DNA of 64,000 bases, from contig CM052817.1 in assembly GCA_028534125.1 (NCBI GenBank), forward strand, positions 77,812,001 through 77,876,000, written 5' to 3'. The notes under the pieces were generated by a model. That model saw nothing but the letters and a program-made list of their open reading frames with translations. It did no database searches and was not told the origin of the DNA. How positions within the stretch are numbered: position 1 is the stretch's first letter; each line of letters begins with the position of its first letter. The position numbers and the translations under genes are program-made. Positions 1-13,200 of the stretch are shown here, one piece after another. This DNA comes from Lama glama. Its lineage: Eukaryota.

Positions 1-169
1 TTCAAAGTGGTCTGTGATACAACCTTACCATTCTTTAAAAATAATAAGAATTACATGAGCTGAGGAGTTCGAGAGAGCTGAGTAATCAATGTCCTGACAC
101 GTGGAAAAAGGATTGGGGGGGGTGTGTGTGTATCTATACATCTATTTTGGTTGTTTTTAAAACATTAAT

Positions 170-1730
170 AAACTTTATTTTTAGAGCAGTTTTAGGTTCA
201 CAGCAAAATTAAGAGGAGGGCTGAGAAACTCCTCTATACCCTCTACCACCACCCATGCACAGGCTCCCCCATTATCAACATCTCTCACCAGAGTATACTT
301 ATTATAACTGGTGAACCTACATTGACACATCTTTATCATCCAAAGTCCATAGTTGACATTAGGGTTCACTCTTAGTGTTAAACATTCTGTGGGTTTGGAC
401 AAATGTATAATGACATGTATCCATCATGTAGTATCACAGAGTATTTTCACTTCCCTGAAAATCCTCTGTGTTCTGCCTCCGCCCAACACTGGCAACTACT
501 AACCTTTTTACTGTCTCTATAGTTTTGCCTTTTCTGGAATTCAAATAGTTGGAATCATGCAACATGTAAGTAGCCCTTTCAGATTGGCTTATTTCACTTA
601 TTAGTATGTGTTTAAGATTCCTCCATGTCTTTTTATGGATTGATAACTCATTTTTAGCACTGAATACTATTCCACTGTCTGTATATATCACAGTTTATTT
701 ATGCATTCACCTTGTAAAGGACATCTTGAATGCTTCCAAGTTTTGGCAGTTATGAATAAAGTTGCTGTGAGCTTTCATTTAAGGTTTTTGTGTGGACATA
801 GACTTCAACATTTGTGTAAATACCAAGGATTGTAATTACTGGATTGTATGTTAAGAGTATGTTTAGTTTTTTACGAAAGTAATTGTATCATTTTGCATTC
901 CTACCAGCAATATATGAATTTGTGTTGCTCTGCAACCTCTCCAGCACTTGCTGTTATTGTCAGTGTTTTGAATTTTGGCCATTCTAATAGGTGTATAGTG
1001 GCATCTCACTGTTTTAAATCTCAGTTCCATAATGACATATGATGTTGAACACCTCCTCATATGCTTGCTTGCCATCTGTGTATCTTCTTTAGTTAGGTGT
1101 CTGTTAAGACATTTTGCCCGTTAAAAAAATCAGATTATTTATTTTCTTATTGTTGAACTTTGTAAATGTTGGATAACAGTCCTTTATCAGATATACCTTT
1201 TGCAAATATTTTCTCCCGGTCTTGTCTTCTCCTACTCTTGACATTGTCTTTTGCAGACCAGAAGTTTTTAATTGTAGTGAAGTCCAGCATATCAGTTCTG
1301 TTTTTCATGGATTGTACCTTGGTGTTGTATTTAAAATGTCATCATGACACCTGTCACCTAGATTTTCTCCTCTGTTATGTTCCAGGACTTTTATAGTTTT
1401 GCATTTTACATTTAGGTCTGTGATCCATTTGAGTTAGTTTTGTGGGTGATGTAAGTAAGATCTGTGTCTAGATTCTTTTTTTTTTTTAAGAGGGTGGGTG
1501 TCCAATTGTTCCAACATCATTTGTTGAAAAGACTGTCTTTGTTCCTCTGTATTGCCTTTGCTCCTTTGTCAAAGGTGAATTAACTATATGTAGCTCCATT
1601 TCTAGGCTCTCTATGCTGTTCCCTAGATTTATTTGTTTATTCTTTTGCCAATATCACACTCTCTGGATCACTGCAGCTTTATAGTAAGTTTTGTAGTCAA
1701 GTAGTGTCAGTCCTCTGACTTGCTTTTATT
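170..1730 (-). mobile_element. Old LINE-1 3' portion (ORF2 C-terminus and 3'UTR, L1MA/MB-like)
   Basis: Minus-strand translation KHMRRCSTSYVIMELRFKTVRCHYTPIRMAKI...KCWRGC matches the L1 ORF2 C-terminus; degenerate. Confidence 0.85.
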
Positions 1731-4223
1731 TACTGAAAAGCTTCTTCCTGGTTGCTCCAGTACCTCTACAATTACTTTATTTTGGTGGCTTCATGCATGT
1801 ATGTTTTCTTTAAATTGAAGTATAGTTGATTTATAGTGTTGTGTTAGTTTCTGGTGTACAGTACAAGCTTGTTCTATCACACTTTCCTGTACATTTCGCA
1901 ATACCTCATCTCTTGTCTCTGCATGTCCCTAGATAGAATGTTTTCCTTTCTGCCTGCCCTTGAATTGGCTGATTCCTTCTCTAAAAGTCTAAGTTCAGAC
2001 CTAATTTCTCCTTCTACCTCCAAGCCGACTGAGGCACCCCTGTGCTATTCTCTAGCTTTATTCATTTTTATCATATTTCATTTACCATACTGAGCTTTAA
2101 TAGCTGTAATACATTTGTAGTTTTCTGAGGAAAAGGACAGTTTCTTACTAATTTTGATACCCACGAACAACTAGCCCAGTGGCTAATACATAACAGTTGC
2201 TGAATAATGTATGTATGTTGAATTCCTGATTAAAACTAGAGCTACTGGGAGTTGACTGCATCTGGGTGATCTCTGAGTGTCTGGTTGTCCCTCAGGTTAC
2301 TTTGTGATACTGAAAAAGAGAGAAATAGCCTGAGCGTTCAGTGGTAAACCTGGAGGTTTGGTATAACCTGTTTTATATGTTCCAAGTAAGCACAAGTAAG
2401 GTGGGACATTTCCTTGTTTCTTTTTCTTATATGTTTATATCTTATCAGGTCATTTGAATTGCTGAGTAGCATAGTTTTCTATTTATTTTTATGTACTTTT
2501 CACTACATTTTAACTAAAGAGATTTTTCTGGCATTGAAATAATTATACAATACAGTAGAGAGCAAAGTACAGCAGTGTTTATTTTGACCACCTACTATGT
2601 CGTAGGCTCTGAACTAGGCACTCTTGTTTCATTATCTCATTCAATTCTTATGATAGGCCTAAGAGAGAGGTATGATTATCGCTGTTTTAAGATTTAAAAC
2701 AAAAGAAATACCTAAAGCACAACTGTGATACTCTTATTGTGAGTGCTTTCTCACTTCTTAAAGGGATGTGATCAATGGCAGTCATATATTTTGCAAATAT
2801 GGAATTATTTTAGAACACTTCAGTGATCTCTCTATTGCCTGATTGGAATGACTATGAAATGAGATTTCTCACAAAGTCATTTTATTTTGAGTTTTAGTCA
2901 TTTATGAGAATGGAATTCATTAAAATTTAAACAATGTAGAAATTAGCATCAGTCTCCTCATTTGTAAATTCAGTGGTTTCAATAGATCCCCTCTGAGGTC
3001 TTTTTTATTCAAATATTTTGTGACTTAAGAAATTTTCAACTTTGTTTATATTTTGATACAGTTAATCAACAGAGCTATGACTAGTTAGTAGAAAAAATCA
3101 GGAGAAGAATCTACTAATTACCATAATCTACAAACTGGAAAATCAGTCCTTTAATAGACAATGAACTGTGTAATTTCTTATGAAGTTATTTCTGTTCCTT
3201 TGATATTTAGATATATTTTAATGGCTCTTTGTTTTTATATTTCTGAGCAGGTTTCAATTGTTTAAAACTTTGGAGAAATTTTTTCACAGAAGTATTGCAA
3301 ATTCTTTGAATAAGTTCCGTGAAAAACTGCATTCAAAGCTGGAATTATTAGAATTAATATTAAATCTCCAAAGATATATTTCTCAGCAGATGGGAGAATA
3401 CTTATGCTATTAAACCTAATTCATAAATCACAATCTAGGGTAATGAGACTTTAATGTTCTTTTCAATTTTTCCATTAACTTAAAGTGTCCAGGGCTTTCA
3501 GATAAGTTATTTTGGTACAGTCACTGTGGGAGAAATATGACTCTGTTGCTATGGAAAACTTACTCCTTAAATGTGTGTTTTCCCTTCTGTATTGAGATCT
3601 CTAATTCCTTTTCCATACTGCCATAATCTAACATATGAAAGAATATAAGTATTCTGAAAAAAATTTATTATGATTATTGATATATGAAAATGTGTATCAG
3701 AGATTATGGTAATATTAAAAATGAAAAAGAAATAACAGTTTAGCTTTTTTTTAAGGTAACTTAATATTGTAGCTACCAAGAATCAGAGCTCATCATTAAT
3801 TCCATAAACTACTGAATCATTTACATGTCATGATCCAGATATGATAATGGCCTCATTTATATAGCATGATGGAAAAATTGGAAATTTGAATTTTAAATGT
3901 AGAAGTCAAATTTTCCAGAAGTAGTTACTCTGAATATTGAGTACCACATAATGCTCCAAGAAAATAGATTTGAGAAATGCATTCTTAGAGATTTAGCTTA
4001 TACATATGTCTTGCCATTATGAAAGCTGTTTAATCTAGTTTAATATAGTACTTTACTAACTTGATCTTGAAACAGTTATTTTAATAATTAACATATTAGT
4101 TTATTTTGAAAATTGTTCTATCAAACTCGCTCTGAGAAATATTGCAAGATGTCAGTAATCCAAACTATTATCATGACGTAATTTCCAATTTACTCCCGTA
4201 AGGATCTGTAAATATTTTTGTTG

Positions 4224-4277
4224 TATATATATATATATATATGTGTATATATATATATACACATATATATATATATA
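4224..4277. repeat. Interrupted (TA)n microsatellite at the L1 poly(A) end
   Basis: Direct reading of TA repeats with TG/CA interruptions. Confidence 0.9.
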
Positions 4278-4920
4278 ATTTTTTTTATTGAAGTATAGTC
4301 AGTTTACAATGTTGTGTCAATTTCTGGTGTATAGCATAATGCTTCAGTCATACATGAACATACATATATTCGTTTTTATATTCTTTTTCACCATAAGTTA
4401 CTGTAAGATATTGAATATAGTTCCCTGTGTTACACAGTATGAAGTTGTTGTTTATCTATTTTATATGTATCAGTTAGTATCTGCAAATCTCGAACTCCCA
4501 GTTTATCCCTTCCCACTCCCTTCCCACCCCAGTAACCATAAGTTCGTTTTCTATGTATGTGAGTCTGTTTCTGTTTTGTAAATAAGTTCATTTGTCTTTT
4601 TTTTCAGATTTGATACATAAGTTATATCATATGGTATTTTTTTCTCTTTCTGGCTTACTTCACTTAGAATGATGACTTCCAGGTGTATCCATGTTGCAGC
4701 AAATGGTATTATTTTATTCTTTTTTATGGCTGAGTAGTATTCCATTATATAAATATACCACAACTTCTTTATCAGATCATCTGTCAATGGACATTTAGGT
4801 TGTTTCCATGTCTTGGCTATTGTAAATAGTGCTGCTGTGAACATTGGGGTGCATGTATCTTTTTGAATTAAAGTTTCCTCTGGATATATGCCCAGGGTGG
4901 GATTGCTGGATCATATGGTA
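4278..4920 (-). mobile_element. 5'-truncated younger LINE-1 3' end
   Basis: [19 protein letters not shown]...EYYSAIKKN (ORF2 end); poly(T) at the left; candidate TSD gtaaatatttt at 4208-4218 and 4918-4928; same family as 55691-57100. Confidence 0.9.
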
Positions 4921-5659
4921 AATATTTTGATCAAACAGTTGAACATACCTTTAAAAGGTGAACAAGTAGAGTCATATCTAGATTTTTTTTTATTTTACAA
5001 CCACATAGTATGATTAGTTTCTAAAAATAGAGCCAGAAGATTATACATACTTTTTTGGAGGATAATTTAACAATTGATGGGTTAGGTAACCTGAAAATCC
5101 TTCCAATCAAAATACCAAAATATAAAGTAAAATAAGATAAATATATTCTAAAAGCATAGGTGAAATTGCAATAAAGTAATGAAAATCCTCTTGGGCAGAG
5201 ATACAGATTATAGATTAAGGGGTGTGTGAAGCAGGGGTTGAGGTTGGGTTGAGGTTGTGGGTAGGTGAACCCTCGGAGAAAATCTGAGCTGATTTGTTGT
5301 AGCACTGGAAAAGTAGGGCTAAGGAAGAAGTAGGGGGATAGTTTGCGTTTTAATGATGATCCAGGTATAGGGTCTTCTGATGATGGGCATATGGAATCAT
5401 ACTCTTTGTGTATTTGGAGCCATTGGAGATCTATACCTCAGTGAAATGGTAGTTGAGAAAAATCTGCTCACTTGGACAATGAGATGATAGGAAGCTTGTT
5501 GGGATAGGCATAAGCACTGTATAGAAATAATCTGGTTCCCTGAGAATTTGTTAACATAAATCAGCCCTCACACAAGTTTGGGTTTTGAATATGAAGCACC
5601 TGTGAGGTCCAGGAAACCCCAATGTAACAAATTAACATAATGATTAACTTTACCTACCA

Positions 5660-6375
5660 GTATGGCTATGATCAGTAAAAATAAGAAGTGTTAGCCAGAA
5701 TGTGGAGAAATTGGAAGCCTCTTGCATTGTGGTGGGAATGTAAAATGGTGCAACTGCTGAGAGAAACAGTTTGGTAGTTCCTCAAAAAGTTAAACACAGA
5801 ACTACCATATGACCCAGCAGTTTCAATCCTAGGTACATGTCCAAAAGAACTGAAAACAGGGACTTGAGCAAATGTTTGTACACCAGTTTTTGTAATGGCA
5901 TTATCCAAAACAGCTGAAAGGTAGAAACAACCTAAATGTCTAGCAGCAGATCAATGGATAAAGAAAATGTGATAGATGCGTATGATGGAGTATTATTCAG
6001 CCATGAGAAAAGGAATGAAATCTTGATATATGCTACAACATGAGTGGACCTTGAAAACATTATTTTAAGTGAAATAAGTCAGACAGAGAAGGACAAATAT
6101 ATATGATTCCACTTATATAAACTACCTAGAGTAGGCAAATTCATAGAGACAGAAAGTAGAATAGAGGTTTCCAGGGGTTAGGGGAAGGGGGATATAAAGA
6201 GTTACTGTTTAATGGGTACAGAGTTTATGCTGGAGATAATGAAAAAGTTTTGGTCATAGGGAGTGGTGATGGTTATACAACACTGAATGTATTTAATGCC
6301 ACTGAACTGTATATTTACAGGTGGTTTAATTGATAAATATTTTGTTATGTATACTTTACGAAAATTAAAAAAAAA
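5660..6375 (+). mobile_element. LINE-1 3' end (L1MB-like)
   Basis: ORF2 C-terminal motifs (gaactaccatatgacccagcag, gaaacaacctaaatgtc), 3'UTR, A-tail near 6360-6375. Confidence 0.85.
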
Positions 6376-6859
6376 TGGTCTGAGACTGTTGGCCACCTTG
6401 AATCATCTGAAGGGAGCATACACAAAACATCTTCAGAGGGACCTGCTGTATCATTCTGAGTTGTGCACTTACTTATTAAGTCCCAATGAAGATAAACCCA
6501 CAGTTTAAATTGCAGAACATATGAAGAAACATTTACTTCATGAGCTAGACATGAAAACATAACTCGACAGACAAGAAAACATCAAGATTATATCCCCAAG
6601 AATTTCAGCCAACACAACCACTTATCAAATGTAATAAAATAATAAGAAGACAATGGAATAATACCTTCAGAATGCTGAGAGAATATAACTTTAATCTGCA
6701 AATCTGCCTCAGTTAAATTTTTACAAAAAGGTCAAGATAAAATGAAGTTGCTATTATCAATGCATTCTAAGGCCTTCAAATTGTTAAAGGGAATGGTAAA
6801 TGTACTGCTTTAATAAAGTCTAAAATTAGTCAAGGGTGCCTTTTAAAAATTTAGGGCTA

Positions 6860-7045
6860 TGAAGTAAGCCAGAAAGAGAAAGAAAAATACCATATGATAC
6901 CATTTATATGTAGAAACTAAAAAAAAAGATACAAATGAACTTACCTACAAAACAGAAACAGACTGACAGATACCGAGAATAGACTTATGGTTACCGGGGT
7001 GACTTATGGTTACCAGGGGAAGGATAAATTGGGAATTCGAAATTT
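6860..7045 (+). mobile_element. LINE-1 3'UTR fragment with a ~19-bp internal tandem duplication
   Basis: gaagtaagccagaaagagaaagaaaaataccat shared with the L1 at ~56720; gacttatggttacc occurs twice at 6982-7014. Confidence 0.75.
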
Positions 7046-7194
7046 GCACCTCTTGGGGAGTGATGGAAATGTTGTCTATCTTTGGTGGTGATTTCATTGG
7101 TGTATACATCTGTCAAAATTAATCAACTTGTACCTGTGTAGTTTACTTTACAGGAATCATACCACAATAAAGGTGGTAAAATTTTTTTGAGGCT

Positions 7195-7635
7195 ATGGTT
7201 CTTAAATTTTTTGTCTCAGGATTCTTTACAAACTTTTAAAGTTATTAGGGACCTAAAATAGATTTTATTTATAGGGGATTGCACCTATCAATATTCACCA
7301 TATTAGAAAATAAAACTGAGAAAAAATTAAAATATTTATTAATTTATTTAAAATAACAGCATTAAACCTATCACATGTTAACATAAATAATTTTTATGAA
7401 AACAACTGTATTTTCCAAGACAAAAAATATTCATCGAGGAAAGTGGCATCAGTTTTGCATTTTACAAATCTTTTTATTATCTTGCTTTACTGACTGGATT
7501 TACATATCTGCTCTGCATTCATTCAGTCTCTTGCAATATGACACACTATCTAGCTTCTGGAAAACCATTGTACACTAATGAAAGAATGAGAGTGACAAAA
7601 ACAAATAATGCTTTAGCATTAATTAATAGGAGTTT
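7195..7635. mobile_element. hAT-Charlie DNA transposon fragment (Charlie1-like)
   Basis: Resembles recalled Charlie1 sequence (ttttgtctcaggattctttaca...tattagaaaataaaactgag); from memory only. Confidence 0.55.
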
Positions 7636-7639
7636 CTCA

Positions 7640-8725
7640 GTATGGCACTGGTAAAAAGAAAAAAAAGACACATAGATGAATGGAACAGAATTGAGAGCCC
7701 TAGAAATAAACCACACATATAGTGTCAAATAATCTTTAACAAGGAAGCCAAAGATACTCAATGAGGAAAAAATAGTCTCTTCAATAAATGGTGTTGGAAA
7801 AACTGGATATTCACATGCCAGAGAATGAAATTAAACTGCTATCTTATTCCATTAACAAAAATCAACTCAAAGTGGATTAAAGACTTACATGTAAGACTTA
7901 AACTAGTAAAACTCCTAGAGGGAAACATGGGAAAAAAACTCCTTGACATTGGTGTTGATAATGAATTTTTTTTTGGATATAATACCAAAAGCACAAGCAA
8001 CAAAAGTAAAAATCAACAATTGGGACCACATCAAACTAAAAAACTTCCGCACTGCAAAAGAAACAGTCAAGAAAATGAAAAGGCAACCTGCAGAAAGGGG
8101 GAAATATTTGCAAACCATGCATCTGATAGGGTTTAATATCCAGAATATATAAGGAAATCATACAGCTTAATAGCAAAAACCAAGACAAAACAAAAAAATT
8201 ATCTGGTTGAAAAATGGGCAGAGGACCTGAATAGATGATTTTCCAAAGAAGACATGCAAATGGCCAAGTATATGCAAAAATGCTCAACATCATTAATCGT
8301 CAAGGAAATGCAAATCGAAACCACAATTAGACATCACACACACCTATTAGAATGGCTGTTATCACAAAGACAAGAGATACTACATGCTGGTGAGAATATA
8401 GAGAAAAGGGAACCCTCATGCACTGTTGGTGGAAATATAAATTGATACAGCCATTATAGAAAGCCTTCACTATGGAGGTTCCTTAAAATTAAAAAAAGGA
8501 CTACCACATGAGCCAGAAATTTCACCTTTGGGTATTTAGTCAAAAGAAATGAAAGTGCTATCTCACAGATATCTGAATTCCCTATTCCCAACAGCCAAGA
8601 TGTGGAAACAATGTAACTGTCCATAGATGGACAAATGGATAAATAGAAATGGTGTATATATATGATGGAATATTATTCACCCATAAGAAAAGGTATCTTG
8701 CCATTTGTGACAATGTGGATGAACC
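7640..8725 (+). mobile_element. LINE-1 ORF2 3' part running into a gap
   Basis: [54 protein letters not shown] motifs; frameshifted. Confidence 0.9.
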
Positions 8726-9225
8726 NNNNNNNNNNNNNNNNNNNNNNNNNNNNNNNNNNNNNNNNNNNNNNNNNNNNNNNNNNNNNNNNNNNNNNNNNNN
8801 NNNNNNNNNNNNNNNNNNNNNNNNNNNNNNNNNNNNNNNNNNNNNNNNNNNNNNNNNNNNNNNNNNNNNNNNNNNNNNNNNNNNNNNNNNNNNNNNNNNN
8901 NNNNNNNNNNNNNNNNNNNNNNNNNNNNNNNNNNNNNNNNNNNNNNNNNNNNNNNNNNNNNNNNNNNNNNNNNNNNNNNNNNNNNNNNNNNNNNNNNNNN
9001 NNNNNNNNNNNNNNNNNNNNNNNNNNNNNNNNNNNNNNNNNNNNNNNNNNNNNNNNNNNNNNNNNNNNNNNNNNNNNNNNNNNNNNNNNNNNNNNNNNNN
9101 NNNNNNNNNNNNNNNNNNNNNNNNNNNNNNNNNNNNNNNNNNNNNNNNNNNNNNNNNNNNNNNNNNNNNNNNNNNNNNNNNNNNNNNNNNNNNNNNNNNN
9201 NNNNNNNNNNNNNNNNNNNNNNNNN
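8726..9225. other. Assembly gap (500 N)
   Basis: Run of N. Confidence 1.
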
Positions 9226-10250
9226 TGGCTTTGTCTGTGCTTCTTTTAATTTTTTCAGTTTTTTCTGTATGTAGTTTGAAACCCTATTATTAGGTGTATT
9301 GGAAGAGGATTATGACTTCTTGATAACTGACTGTTTAGCATCTTGAAATGTACATTTTATCCCTTCATCTATTTACAATGGCTGTTTTAAGGACCTTACT
9401 TTCCAATTCCAACATCTGTGTCATCTCTGAGATTGTTTCTTTTGTCTATTGTTTTTCATGATTACATGTTATATTTTCTTGTGTCTTCACATTCATTTTT
9501 GATAGTCTGAAGGGAATTATAGATGCTATGTTACTGAGAATCTAGGTTTTGTTTTCCTATAAAGATTATTGAGTTTTGTAGTGATGGGCAGTTAATTCAC
9601 TAGAGGATCAGCTTGATCCTATTGAGGCTTGGTTTAAGACTTTATTTGGTTATGCTTACTGTGCCCTTAGTGTAACCCTCCTGAAGTCTCTCCTTTTTAG
9701 GCTCTCAACTGAACACCCAGAATGTTCGGCAAGTTCTCGTTACTGTGAATGGTTGGAACACCAGGTTTTCCTAGCACTATATTATCTTCAGAATCATTAT
9801 TCAACTCACAGTCACCCAGTAACTATTCTGCTTGAGTCCTTGTAAAATTTTGCCCTGTACATAGTATAAAGTAGTATTTGGCTCAAACTTAGTGGAATCC
9901 TGTGAAGATTTCTGTTTTTCCTTCTTTGAACATTATCTTCCTCTCTGGTACCTTTCCAGCAAACTCCAGTTACTCCAGCAGCCCTGAACACTGATTTTAG
10001 TTTCCTCCAATCAGCATGATTACTGCTTTCTTTTGAACTCAACTTGCCTCCACTTCATTTTGGAAAGGGGACTCTCCGGGAGAAAATCAGAGTGAATGTG
10101 TAGCTTACTTCATGCATTTCTCTTCTCTGAAGGATTACATTCAGTGCTTTCTGTTGTCCAATGCTTGGAAACAATTGTTTTACATAGTGTTTCCAGTTCT
10201 GTAGTTGTTTATGGCTGTGCTCTATCATGACCAGAACTTAAAGCCCACAC
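9226..10250 (-). mobile_element. Highly degraded ancient LINE-1-related sequence
   Basis: T-rich strand bias and resemblance to old L1 5'/ORF1 regions; no clean translation. Confidence 0.45.
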
Positions 10251-13200
10251 TGGCTTTAAAAAATTGTCCCCAGTACATCTTAAGTCTTTTATGAAAAATG
10301 CGGAGGGACTATTACAGTAAAACTGTTGGAAGTGGTTTATCAAAATAATATATATCTAACAACTTTCCTATAAACGTATCACCTGTGAAATGTTCTAGTT
10401 TAAAAAGAAAGTGGCAAATAACAACAAAAATCTCTCTAACATACGTGTAATTTATATTTTTCTCAACTCCTTGTCCTCCTCCTCCTCCTCATCTTTCTCT
10501 CTCTCCCATAATTTTTAACTTGTTTATCATTCTTCCACATCTCAAATTATTTTCTCAGGGCTTGTCTTATTTATTTATGTCCAAAACTCACTCAGGGACA
10601 TTAATCCTCTAGGGATTTGTGTCATTAGGAGCTCTTTGCTACTCTTTGCAAATAGTCTAACTTGCTTTTAAATTATCCTGGCCTAAACAGTTTCTACAAT
10701 CTTCCAGACAACAGGTTTGAGGACTTTTCTGTCATCCCTCCCTTCTCTCTGTATTTTTTCCTTGATATGAAGGAAGAATTCCCTTATAAAAGGAGGCTGT
10801 TGGTATCAACTAGGTGTCCTCCAACTGCTTCTAATATATTGATTGAGCTCTCTACTCCTCTTGAATGACTCCTTTAAGTTTACTTAAAGTAATACACAAA
10901 TAAAATGTAGATTATCTTTGTCAGTGGTTTTTTTCACAAATGCATCAATAGACTGGAGGTATGGAAATCAGCATTAAGAAACCCAGAATGCTTATTTAAA
11001 GACTTGCAGAATGTTGAGATGACATGGTATTTCCAGACTGATGTCTAATATTATAAATATACACAATGCACCTTGCTTTAGAAAACTACTGGTTTCTGTA
11101 ATCCTTTACATCTCAAGAATAGAATCTGCCTATTAATTAACTTGTAGATATTTATTTAGCTCCTATTCTGTGTCTGGCATGGTCTGGGACAGAGTAATTT
11201 CTTTTGGATGATTGACTAGAAGGAAGATAGTCAGAGTAAGTTGCAAAAAGGTGATTCCTTAAGTATTTGATAAATATTTTAGTTGGCTGATGTGAACTTG
11301 AGTGGGGTATAAGGGACACAATGAGAGAGGGAACAAAACCTCTCCTAGCTGCTTAGCAGAAGCCGTAGAGAATGGGGATAATGACACATGCCAGTTTATA
11401 CCTGGTGATTTGATCTTGAATGCACTTTGCACTGGTGTTTTTGATCTTCATTTGCTCAGCAGGAATAAGTTTGTACGTTATATTCAAAGAGAACATAAGC
11501 ATTTGGAAAATTAAATTACTCTTTCATTGACTCTGAAAGAGTCAATCTAAGACATAAAAAAATCTTATATCATATGAAAAAAAGTTTCTTAAAAGTTTAT
11601 ATTAGAATTTGTAGGTTATATTAAATAGTATTATAGTAGGTTTGTCCTGGACAGATATAGAAATCCTCAATTATATGAGAGGATTCATGGTAGATACGTA
11701 TAGTCAAAATAAACAACACAAATTTAAATTGACAATAAAACTACACACAACAAAGTAAAATTTGAATGAAGAAATTTGGATTTGATATCATGGCAGCAAA
11801 AGAACACTCAAAAAGGCAAAAGCTATAAAGTGTAAAAGTAGATATGAAAAACAGACTGAATAATCAGAGAAAAACTTACTGTAAATGTTTATAGAAAGTA
11901 ATTGATACCCGATGAATATTTTCAAACAAAATTCCAATGTAGACAAAATTCTTATTTTAATTATTTATGTTTATAAACAAAATGTCAAAGCAGCCTCAGG
12001 ATTAAAATAGTAGAATAAAAATGGGGACAGACATGTGCAAAACATGTCTAAAACAAATTGCATTGTTTATAGGATAGTAATGATCTTTCTAACATGTGTA
12101 TTACAATATTTGCTCAGTCTTCTCGGTAATAGTCAAAACCATAACTATTGAGATAGATGCTGTTACATCTGGAAAGGCTGAAACCCAATTTACAAATATT
12201 CCAATGGTTATATCAAAGTGTACTGCATCCCTTGCTTTAAAACTTCTTCCATATCTAGTGCAACTCTACATCTTATGGAATCATTCACATTTGCAAATAT
12301 TCACTTGAAAAATGTATTTGAATTCAAATCAAACATACCTGACAGGTCAACAGAGACAGTCTAGGTCCCTTCAATGCAAGTAGAACTTGGCAAGTTTCCA
12401 GGGTGCTTTGGTCTGTTCCAAGATGTGAGCTGAGGTTGAATCCATTTTGGACAAGATTATTTTTCACATCTCCTGTTCCCTCCCCTACTTCACCAGGTTA
12501 GCACAGAAACACAATAGTGCAAATGTAAATCTGATTATTTCTGATCTACTGCAGTGAATTTAATGCTAAAATTGGATGGTCCTAGGATCAACTTAACATA
12601 CATTTACTTAGTATTTAATTATCGAAATATTTTGTATGGTTACATGAGATCATACTGAGCCATAAAGCATGGCGTATACCCTTGGCTTTGAACTCTGTAG
12701 GAGAGACAAGACACAGACTGTCATCTTGAGGTATTAAGTGACAATTGAGCAAATGGTCAAGAGTGTCCTATAGGAAATTTAAATGAGAGGAGAGAGCTAG
12801 AAGATGTGAAAATTTTAAGGAAACAAAGAGCAATGGTCAGGAAACTTGGCTAAAGTAGGGAGGAATAGAGAAGTAAGAGGGAAAGATCCAGAGTGAAGAG
12901 AATTGCTAGGAAGGGGTTCCAGGGTTAGTGATCACTGATCCTGAAGAGCAGGTGTTGCTCTCTGCTCCACTCTGCACTTTCTACTGCATCCAAGTGCCTC
13001 AGTTAGGGAGCAGGATTGTTGCAGCCACAGATGTGGCAGTGTTTCTGTAATACCTAATAATATAAGGGACGTATTTGGATTATTAAAGCTATCTGACTTT
13101 TTTTACAAATGGAGAACAAACCCATTCTTCAATATTAAGTTGTATAAGATTGAGGACCACTAAGGACATAAAAATGTACCCTTGTAAAATATACTGTAAA

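Noticed and set aside
8649..9293. Longest ORFs in the track (214 and 195 aa)
   Set aside because: Artefacts of translating the 500-N gap.
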